NCBI GenBank assembly: GCA_002269645.1
Contig: NIVC01001062.1
Location: 1 to 64,000, forward strand
DNA from: Macrostomum lignano
Lineage: Eukaryota
Reading direction: 5' to 3'
Length of the DNA stretch: 64,000 nt
Each line of letters begins with the position of its first letter. The stretch's first letter is position 1. A model generated the notes under the pieces. That model worked only from the letters and a program-made list of their open reading frames with translations. It was not told where the DNA came from and did not search any database. The translations under genes were made by a program, and so were the position numbers. Shown one piece after another: positions 1 through 9,279 of the stretch.

Positions 1-1700
1 AGCCGTGATGCGCCGTGGGTGTCGGCCGGAACGCCTGGACGCATTGCGGAGCCGAACGAGAAACTGGTCGTGGCCTTCGGTTGGCGGGCCTGGCTGCAGG
101 CACTCACGGGCACGCAGAGGGGCGCTCCGTAGACCAGCTCAGCCGATGATGCCGGCAGGTCCTCCTTGGCCGTCCTCCGGATGCCGAGCAGCACCCAGGG
201 CAGCTCGCTAACCCAGGCCGGTCCCGTCAGCCGCGCCCTGAGGGCGGCCTTCAACTGCCGATGGAACCACTTGACCAGCCCGTTCGCCTGCGGATGGAAG
301 GCCGTAGTCCAGTGCAGCTGCATGCCCAGCAGCCGGGAGACGTTGGACCAGAGCTGCGACGTGAACTGCGAGCCGCGGTCCGAGGTGAGGTCACCCGGCA
401 CGCCAAATCGGGCAACCCAGTGGGCAATGAAGGCGGAGGCACAGGCTGCGGCGGAAGTGTCAGTCATCGGGATCGCCTCCGGCCACCTGGTGAATCGGTC
501 GACGATCGTCAGCAGGTGCGTAAACCCTTAAGACGACGGCAGCGGCCCCAGCAAGTCGACATGCACGTGGGCGAAGCGCTGGTCTGGGACGCGAATGCTC
601 TCCACCGGGCGGTGACGTGCCGATGCACCTTGGCCGTCTGGCAGGCTACGCAAGCGCGCGCCCACCGGCTGACGTCCCGGTTCATGCCAACCCACACGAA
701 CTTGGCGGCCACGAGGCGCCGCGTGCTGCGGACCGACGGGTGGGCGAGGCCGTGGATGGCGTCGAAGACGGCACGGCGAAAATCAGGCGACACCAGAGGG
801 CGCGGTCGGCTCGTGGAGATGTCGCACAGCAGGACGACGCCAGAGCTGAGCTGCAGCGGCTCGAGCTGAAGGCTAGCATCCTCTTGGGCAGCCGAGTCGG
901 CTGTCTGCCTGTCTGCGCCTGCGCCATGGCCGCGAAATCCACACCGGGGAGAAGCCGGTGCTGCACCGAGGCAATCGTGCAGCGGGACAGCGCGTCCGGC
1001 ACCGGGTCGTCCTTGCCCGCCACCGACATCAGTGGTGAACTCAGACACGTAGGCCAGGCGCCGCTGCTGCCGGGCGGACCACGGGTCGGACATCTTGGAC
1101 ATGGCCGCGACCAGCGGCTTGTTGTCCGTGAAGGCGGTGAAGGCCCAGCCCTCGAGCACGTAGCGGAAATGCCGTACCGCCAGGTACAGGGCGAGCAGCT
1201 CGCGGTCGAACGCGCTGTACTTCTGCTCGGGCGGGCGGAGCTGCCGGCTGAAGAAGGCAAGCGGCTGCCACGCGCCGCCCACTCGCTGCTCAAGCGCTGC
1301 GCCGACGGCGGTGTTCGAGGCGTCGACAGTGAGGGCGATGGGCGCGTCCGCCCGCGGGTGCGCCAACAGTGCGGCGGAAGCCAGCGCCCGCTTGGCTCCT
1401 TCGAAGGCGGCAGTCAGCTCGAAAGCCTCTAAAATGTCGAGAAGGCGTTCAGCCGTTTGCTGGTCGAGCGCTGCCACCAAGTAGTTGTACTTGGTCGCAT
1501 CTTGCATGATTCCGCGCAGAGGAATGGACCACGCGCGAGGTTGAGCTGCCCAAAACATAGGCAGTTTGAGAGAGACAGCTGCCTCTGTGTTGGAAGCCAT
1601 TGTACGAAATGGCTATGTCGGGCTCACCAATTTAGCGGCTTGCGGAAAAACGAAGTAAGTTTCAAGTGAGAAAGGAAAAAGTTTATTAGCTTTACGCGTC
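1..1700 (-). mobile_element. Internally deleted Gypsy/Ty3 LTR retrotransposon: 5' LTR remnant, PBS, gag N-terminus fused to RNase H, integrase (runs off the window)
   Basis: ORF 509..1600 starts with gag-like LKLPMFW...TKYNYLVAALDQ and jumps to the RT end and RNase H (LTVDASNTAVGAALEQ, YSAFDRELLA, FTDNKPL), followed by the integrase HHCC (HGLAHP...CVAC). Below ~530 a shifted frame reads TIVDRFTRW...TSDRGSQF...PQANGLVKWFHR, with the catalytic E apparently lost. AATAAA lies in the LTR remnant. Confidence 0.93.
1617..1629 (-). promoter_or_regulatory. Primer-binding site complementary to tRNA-Trp
   Basis: Minus strand TGGTGAGCCCGAC, just upstream of the gag ATG, is the reverse complement of ...GUCGGGCUCA-CCA, the 3' end of the tRNA-Trp at 47310-47381. 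Confidence 0.85.
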
Positions 1701-3230
1701 AGGTATAAATAAGCACGCGATCACATGGGGAGGTGCGCCAAAAAGGTGGCACGAACCGCCCCCCCCCCGACTTAGCATATTGAGTGTCTGTCCGAGTACA
1801 CCCACCACCAGCTTGGCGGACAGAGGGTTTCAGTGCAGATGTACACGCAATCGCTGGCTGCGTGCTGATTGGGCCGCCGCAATACATACATATTTTATTT
1901 GACGTAAACATCGTTCGATGCCTCTTGCACACAAAAATGGCGCAATTGGCACACTTTTTGTTTCGCGTGTTCAGCGAGTACTTCTCCGCACTTGTGCTCC
2001 TTTCCGCCATGCACAGTCGGCATCGCCCTCGCTCGCCTGCTGACCGATCGGTAGTAACGCATTCAGGGGGCTGATAATTTGGTTGGATTTTCAACACCGT
2101 GTTGAAAAGACTACGTAGATGACTAGACATGCCGGTTAGGTCATTCGCACGGCGTTCAATCTGCGGTTGAAGCAACCTGGAAGCAGCTTGAAGGAGAAAT
2201 TCTTTGCGAGTTAGGCCCGTGTGACCTGAAAGACGGTAAACTCTGTGGTCATTGATCCATGCCACATTGAGCATGTGTCCAGTGAAAATGGTCTTTTCAA
2301 GACAGCGCGATATGCGATGGCAGTTCATATTGCTGACCATTCTGTTGATCCTGTCGGTGCCAGCCTTCGTTGCGTTGAAGTGCTGGATCAGCTCTGGTTT
2401 GTTCTTTGGAAGCACACGTCGGCTGTCATTGTGATTAGTGGATAACAGAATTACAGTCCTCTGCTTGCTTGAAGCACGCACGACTGTTAAAGGCCCGTCA
2501 TACAAGAACTCCGGCTGACTTGGTCTCTTGTTGTCCTTGAATTGAGGTAGAAGGACTTTTTTTAGAGGCAGGGGGGTTGTGTGCACCCTAGCGCACTTTA
2601 AGCGACATAGGCACACAACCGGCGAGAGGCATTACTGCCCGTTCTGCCGATTCCCCTGAGCAGGCATACAAGCGCGCGGATACGTACGCAGGCACACACT
2701 CACACAGGAGTGTACAGCGGCCCTAACTTTATTTTATCGTTAGGCATGTACACTTCACTGCGCCTTGGGGGGTTGGCTCTCAAGGCCGTTAATTGCACGA
2801 GCAGAGCCAAGCTGAGATTCCAATTCAGCCCCAAATTAATGTAACTGCACTTGGAATCGAGCCTGGGTCGCTGGCACACCAGAGCCTGCGCTAGACCGCT
2901 GGGCTACGGCCCCCCAGGTAGCAGGACTTGCGATCGCGCTTCACGGTTCCCAGAAGTGTTATTTTCTTATCGTAGAGCGCTGCTGCCACCCTTGGGCTAG
3001 TAAAAAACGATCAGCGGTAATGTTTACCCGAAAGCCTTCGAAAGTGTTGGATAGACGAAGCAGTACTTGCTCGCCACTGCAGTATTTGCCGACGCCACCG
3101 CTCTCTTTCATCAGCAGGTTGTTTTCTGCGATGTACAATTCTAACTTGTACACATAATGTAATGTGTCACTCCTTTCTTCGATCGGATTTCGAGGCAGTC
3201 GTTGCCAAGAAAAAAAATCAGGCCGTTTCT
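1699..3230 (-). mobile_element. piggyBac transposase relic (central and C-terminal part with Cys-rich domain), interrupted by a SINE
   Basis: 2930-3185 reads GEQVLLRLS...NITADRF then ALYDKKITLLGTVKRDR. 1699-2558 reads VILLSTNH...FNATKAGTDRINRMV and the Cys-rich tail CRLC...CANCAIFVCKRH...CMYC. Confidence 0.85.
2559..2915 (-). mobile_element. tRNA-derived SINE with target-site duplication
   Basis: Minus-strand head GGGGGGCCGTAGCCCAGCGGTCTAGCG...GGCTCGATTCC carries A-box-like TAGCCCAGCGG and B-box-like GGCTCGATTCC. There is a short A tail and a 14-bp TSD with one mismatch: AGGTAGAAGGACTT (2545-2558) and AGGTAGCAGGACTT (2916-2929). Confidence 0.8.
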
Positions 3231-3289
3231 GGCCATCAATCAGCATGTGTATGAGTACAAAGGGATCCTGCAGCAACTGCTTCCCTCAG

Positions 3290-3560
3290 AACGAGACAAG
3301 AGACGCGATTTGTGGGTAGCCAACTCGTGGTTCCTTCATCAGGACAATGCGCTAGCTCACAATGCTCTGAGTGTCAGGGAGTATCTTGCGAATAGGAATG
3401 TCGCAGTGCTAGACCAGCTTCCATATTCACCCGATCTAGCTCTGTGCGATCTTTTCCTGTTTCCCAAGCTCAAGGAGGTTCTCAAAGGTACTCAATTTCC
3501 TGATGTTGATACCATCAGAAGGGCCATGACGACGAAAATGCCTGCAAAGTATTCCCAAAG
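3290..3560 (+). mobile_element. mariner/Tc1 transposase C-terminal fragment
   Basis: WFLHQDNALAH...LPYSPDLALCDLFLFPKLK. Confidence 0.85.
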
Positions 3561-3608
3561 AAGCCACAGTGCCAACTCTGAGTTGGTGCTCCTTCATCCA
3601 CTCCACCG

Positions 3609-4480
3609 TTAAAAAAACTGCGTGGTCAAACTAGGCTGGTGTAATTTAATGTACGAAGCTTGAATAATTCCTGGTTTGGAATATATTTTGCAACCATCTA
3701 ACACCTTGATCAGCTGCATGGGATCGTTGTCACGAAACACGCAGTGCAACCTAACAAGTGATATTGAATCGCAAAACTTTTTAGCTAGTAGTGTTCTCCT
3801 AATTGCTCTTGTGTCCAGGTCGTATCGCTTAGTTTTTCTTATGTAGGACACGCTCTGATCAACAATCGATCAGAGCAACGGAATTGATAGCCAACACCTG
3901 CCTTGAGAGGAAGACGAACAACTGACTTTAGCCTGCTACTCGTAGCAAACCGACCAACTTTTCAGTACGGAACACAATACGAACTCGGCATTATATAGCC
4001 ATTTAGAGATAAGCTGTTTCGAGTTTTTCTCGAAGTCAACAAGAGACAAGCAAACATTAGTACAGGATCGAGTTACCACAGCATCTCATTGCTAAACATC
4101 GGATTGTTTATGGAGCGGAGCGCGAAATTGAGTGCAAAGATTAATTGGCAATAGAAAAGGCCGCGCGGCGGCATAAATACGCAGGCAACCACCCACACAG
4201 TTTAAACTCCACTTTTGACAAGAACAGTTTTGGCAAGACAATAAACGTAGCAGAGTAATGGACACAATTTGAGTGGGTGGAATTGATTACATTGAAAAAT
4301 TCAGAATTGGTCCTTTGTCAAACACGGCATACCTGTCATCCACGTAGCGCCTGTAAAACCACGAGGCACAGGGCAGTTTCGACCACTTCTCTTCCCAATG
4401 AGCCATGCACAAGTTGGCAAGAGTAGGGGCTAAACGGCTACCCATGGCGGTAGGGATTTGCCAGTAATACTTGTAGTGTG
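3609..4480 (-). mobile_element. Degenerate Penelope-like retroelement (RT plus GIY-YIG endonuclease)
   Basis: The minus strand at ~4320-4475 translates to YKYYWQIPTAMGSRLAPTLANLCMAHWEE...YRRYVDD. 3609-3900 gives GVGYQFRC...YIRKTKR...SYIKLHQPSLTTQ, which is GIY-YIG-like. Confidence 0.8.
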
Positions 4481-5177
4481 AGCATCTTTTGTGTAATTTC
4501 TGAATTCTATTAGTTAGTTAGCTTCTGTATTATTGTTGATAATTATTGTATTCTGCTTTAATTTAGTCACGTTTTCAATGTACTTTTTTTCTTGTTAGTT
4601 TGAGTTTATTTTGCGTAAACAGGGTAGAAGTCAGACGCCAATTTCGTGACTCAGCGGAGGGTTGAAGTTTTTGCAAACCCCAGCTTTGCGCGGCCAGCCA
4701 ATCAAGATCGGCCTGGACCCTGGCACGCGGCAAAATCCAACTCTACCCGGCGCCGCGGGCACAGTGCAAGTCAGCTTAGCGAGCGGCCGGCAAGACGACC
4801 ACCACCCGGCTTGAGGGGGGTTGTGAGGGGTCTGACAGTGACTTTAAATGAAAGTTTGTTTGGCGGTCGGATCTCATGCACCTTCCCTCCCCGGCTTTTG
4901 GTTTTGTTCCAACTTCCCGGCCGTTTTGCCCTATTTTTGGTTCGCGCTTGAGGCGCCCGATTTCTTCACCCCGGTCCGTGTTTTACCCCCTGCCCGACCG
5001 CTTCAGTCAGCTTATAGCGTAACGATACGGCATCAGTGTCTGAAGTCGTCGCTATTAAGCGCGGTCTAGATAGAGACTGACGGATTCGACAAAGTACGTG
5101 GCCTCGACCCAGAGGGCCTCAGTGTCACACTGAAGGGCAGCGCTGATAGAACTTAGTCAGTGCTCCGCTGAACAGTC

Positions 5178-6010
5178 TGTCACGTTATTGACGTAGTGAC
5201 TATAACCCTTAAAAGGGCCGTTTTGACGAGAATTGTCGTTAAGTGGTTGTAGTCCCAAAATGAACCGAAGTCAATTCTTGCGAAGCGGATTGTGTAGCGG
5301 AGCACTTGGCGTATAAAGGCAGGGAACTGCCGTAGCTAATTTATTGTCGAGATCAATATTGGAAATGGTTAATGTCAATACAAAACTTATAGCGCTCTGG
5401 GCACTGGCGGCTGCAACAATGGTTGATGTGATTAGAATATGAAGTCAAGTAGCAGACGAAGGATGCAATGGCGACGCAACGTGGTAAGCGATGGCGATGA
5501 GCACAGTGCAGGCAGTGAGTAGCAAGTAGACAGGCAGATAGGTAGTGGCGAGATTGGGCGTTAGCCCGGGGCAGTACACAGTGGAGTAACAGTGCGTAAA
5601 CAGGCTGGCCCAGACAGAGGAGCCGTGTCGAGAGATAAGGAGGCTCGAGGCAGCCAGGAGAGAGAAGGAAAACAGAGGCCGCGAGGGAAGAAAAACCAAG
5701 TGAAGACCCCCAGGCCGCCGCCAGGCGGGGGTTAATAAAGGAGCGCAGAAAGGTTAGCATAATGTATGCGGAGAGTTTTCATTGGCTGGCGAGAGAAAAA
5801 CAAGAAACTGAAATTATTGATCGCGCGAGACCCTGCAAGCGTACGCAAGGATTACAAAGTACGCAGTGATTTAGCAATTGATACAGGTTCGTTGCGCGCT
5901 ACTACAAGTAAACGTGAGAATACGGGATTGGAAAATTTAAATAAGAAATTGTAGGGAAATTGTAGTCCAACGGCCCTTTTGCGGGACCACTTAAAAGTGG
6001 CAACGTCACA
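5178..6010 (-). mobile_element. Solo LTR (833 bp)
   Basis: Termini TGTCACG...CGTCACA with a 4-bp TSD AGTC (5174-5177 and 6011-6014). Minus strand shares blocks with the LTR at 18244-18884, including AATAAA. Confidence 0.85.
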
Positions 6011-6814
6011 AGTCGATTCGTCAGGGCTCTCGTTGAGAGTAGGTTCTGGGTTAGGCCAGTGTGATTAGGAGTCTTTCTCCGTGGTTTCGTGTTCGGTTTC
6101 TTCTTCTTCAAGCTTAGATCCGCTCGCCAGTGCGTTATCTAACTAATAAATTATTATTATCGTTATTGTTCGTTTATCAGTGCTCGAAATTTAATTGCGT
6201 TGCGAATTTGTATTAAGGATTTTAATCAACTTGAAGTCATTTAATTAAATCGTCTGAGTCCATTACTCATTAGCTATTCTTACTAGGATTATCACTCTCT
6301 AAATCCATTCGGATCGTTTTCACCTGTGTTCTTCCTTTTCTTGTACCGTACTGCGACTATTGGAGAAAGATTGGTAGAACTCGCTGACCGGCGATAGGCA
6401 ATAGGGCCAATAGTTTTAAAATCTCTGTACGCTCCAAAGTATGTTTGTCTAGGGCCTAAACTATCCTATTGCTTATCGTGCATGCTATTTATTTAATTAT
6501 ATTCATCACATACTGGTTCTCAAACATTAAAATCCCGGGAGCACAAGAACTGCTTGCAGACGAATCGTCAGCCGATATTTTCCCATAGGAGATTTGCCTG
6601 TGGAGTCCCAAGGTCGGTCGCGTGATGCACTCCAAAGATTGTTGCCCTCACAGTCTCTCTTCGATTGGCCACCGGTGTCCAGACGTCACCGAGTATTTTT
6701 ACTCATCATCAAGTCCGTAGCTAGTATGACCGTCGGTGCACCCATTTCTCGAAAACGACTCACCACCTCCTTCACTATGCGCCCAGCACGGGCGATTCAC
6801 GCGGGAATCCCTCC

Positions 6815-6895
6815 GGGATTTCGCATGACTTGCCATGACACATGAAAAAACCCGGCGTTTTCCTTCGTGTGGCATGGCAAATCATGCGAAATCCC
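6815..6895. repeat. Imperfect inverted repeat / hairpin with ~37-bp arms
   Basis: GGGATTTCGCATGACTTGCCATGACACATGAAAAAAC versus the reverse complement of the right arm, GGGATTTCGCATGATTTGCCATGCCACACGAAGGAAAAC. Confidence 0.8.
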
Positions 6896-7190
6896 GCCAG
6901 AGAAACACGCGTGTTCCCGTAAAATGTGAACGCGTGGGCATGCCGGTTTCACGCGTTATTTTTCCCCTATATGTATTGAATAACAACAACAACAACAAAG
7001 TACGCAGCCCCGCATGCAAAGTCACAGTGAGAGCAGGGCGCGTCTGGACAGACAGTACAAGATAAGAAAAGTCAGGTGAACGTCATTTACCGTGCGTTCA
7101 CCTACCACAACTTTTGTTAGAATTTCACCCCTTCTATTTCATCCACTTATTTTTTTCTAGGCCTGCTTTTAGCCTATCAGAACTCATCGC

Positions 7191-7222
7191 CTGACGATGC
7201 CACATGTGTGGCGAAACATGTC
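7191..7222 (+). ncRNA. Minimal hammerhead-ribozyme-like core (Penelope pseudo-LTR type)
   Basis: CTGACGA-T-GCCAC(ATGT)GTGGC-GAAAC-ATGTC: both core boxes, a 5-bp stem II, palindromic ACATGT and a GUC cleavage triplet. Stem I pairs poorly. Confidence 0.6.
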
Positions 7223-8021
7223 GCTAAGCTAAAATAGTCAAGATGATTCATAATCATTTTGTAAGATAACGCCTCAAATGATAACGTTGTTATTATTACG
7301 AGCGTATTAGGCGTAGCAACCTACCAAAGCTATTCAAATTACAGAAAGAAACAGAGCAGAAAATGGCACAAGATTGCACAAAGGTTTGGGTGCAGTACGC
7401 TCGTAAAAACAGAAAAAATATTATATGTGCTTGACTACTATGGTAAGTAGAATAAAACATAAATATGATCAGAGAGTGAGGCGCGTATGCAAGTATGATG
7501 GTGCGAATATTAGGGCCCTCCAAGCCAATGAAGGCAATTGCCAAGATTGGAGGAAGAAAGGGAGGCGGTGTGAATGAAATGAAGTGATGTGATTCGGTAT
7601 TTACAGGGCTACATTATTCATCTCCTAAAACAGTGCAAGGTAGCCGTGCTAACCAAAAAATAATGTAGCACTATACGGCGTCCAAGGTCCAAAAAGTTTA
7701 TAATTACAATATTTAGCCAAATAATTAATTTCGCTTTTGTCAAAAACAAAACTCCAGGAACTGCTTTCACTGGTTCTTATTCTGCACATGATGAAGCGTC
7801 GGCACATTCACCCTGCAGTGGAAACCTTTCTAAACGTGTGCCGCAGACAATTTGGCACGCAGGCACAATCGGCGTCTTCACTGCTAATACTGCAGTTGCA
7901 GTTGTTGTTCCCGGTGGTATTTTAGGCTTGCAATTCGAGCAGAGTCGAGACAGGGTGCGCCGCATTATCACCGATGGGCGATGCTTCTTGAAGGCTTTAA
8001 AGAACCGACTTCGAACCAGCT

Positions 8022-9275
8022 CTATCTGACTTGGCCAATGTTTAAAATGGTCTGACGAAATTCGAAATTCTTCTGCAGCAAGTCGATCTGTTGGGTCAGT
8101 AGAGCTACGCCAAAGTTTAACACAAAGAATGCTACTAGAAGAAACGTGCCCACTAGAGGCAGCAACGAGATGTAGTCGCTCACGCCAGGAAAGCTGGCGA
8201 GGCTGAATGCGCAGCGAAACGTACGACCAATGTACTCCACGACGCAAGCCCACGAGTAAAACGAGCATTCGATGAAAGGTTGGCTAAAAATCATTGTAAC
8301 GCAAACCATTGACACCGGGAGCATTACGATAATCGTTACCTTTATTGTTGCGCTCATGCAGAAGGCAAGCTTGAAAAACACCTGATGAAATGAACTCATT
8401 TCGCACATGAAGAAGTACAGCATGAGAAAAGAAAACAAGATGTTGCACACAATGATGGTCTGCAGACGAGTTGGATCCACAATCAGACGACCGTCGAGTT
8501 CAAAGTAGCTCGCAGGATCGTTAAAAAAGCTCTGCTCAAAGGCAATTGACAAAATCTGTTGGAAAAGGAATACAATAAAGGATAGTTCTTTTAATCTTAT
8601 TCCTCTCATTGCCAGAGCATCTTTGCACAATTGCAGTCCAGTGTGACGCTTGCGCACCAACTCGAGCTGGCTTCGATAATCCATCACTCTGGTAAATATC
8701 CAACAGGGTAGGGATAGTAAAAACCCTACCTGAAGAACAATTCGCAGGTACAAGACGGGCCTGAACCCGGATACGACAGAGGCTGGAATGAGCTGAAGAT
8801 AAGACTGATTGGAATTGTCTGTACCAGCAAGGAACACCTGCACATTGGAGTCGAACGTGTCCCTCGTGAATATCCGAACCATAAGTGTCAACAGCTCTGT
8901 CGTGTACAAAAACAAATAATAGAACAGTGACACAAACGACATTGCTTGACTCTTTTTCAGGTGCACAATGCTGGTGAAGTAGGCCTGTGTTGCCGGACTA
9001 TTGTAAAAGCAAACATAGCCACTAGGAATGTTCTCACTCAGAATGACTTGTCCGAGCCTGGTCAGATGCTGGAACGGAGATTTTAGGAATCGGTCACCGC
9101 CATCGCTGCAGTAGCAGGAGAGGTCGAACTCCTGGATAGTCAGGCTCGGATCCGTTGGATGCCTCCGTTCTTTGAGTAGGTAGCCGGGAGCGTTGGCGAA
9201 CGCAGCGGCCAGATGAAAGCAGTCTCTGGCAGCAGCGTACTCAAGAACTGTCAAGCATTCGTCGGTCATTTCTAC
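8022..9275 (-). pseudogene. 3' part of a disrupted six-TM, TRP-channel-like membrane protein
   Basis: 415-aa ORF plus two upstream codons. It has an ankyrin-like LTVLEYAA motif, about six hydrophobic segments, a short pore-like segment and S6-like LLVAFFVLNFGVALLT. It joins in frame to 12839-13279 once the insertion is removed. The TRP assignment rests on topology only. Confidence 0.6.
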
Positions 9276-9279
9276 AGTG

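Noticed and set aside
7737-7925. Short plus-strand ORF superficially like a piggyBac N-terminus
   Set aside because: No diagnostic motif is present, and it is antisense to the TRP-like gene tail.
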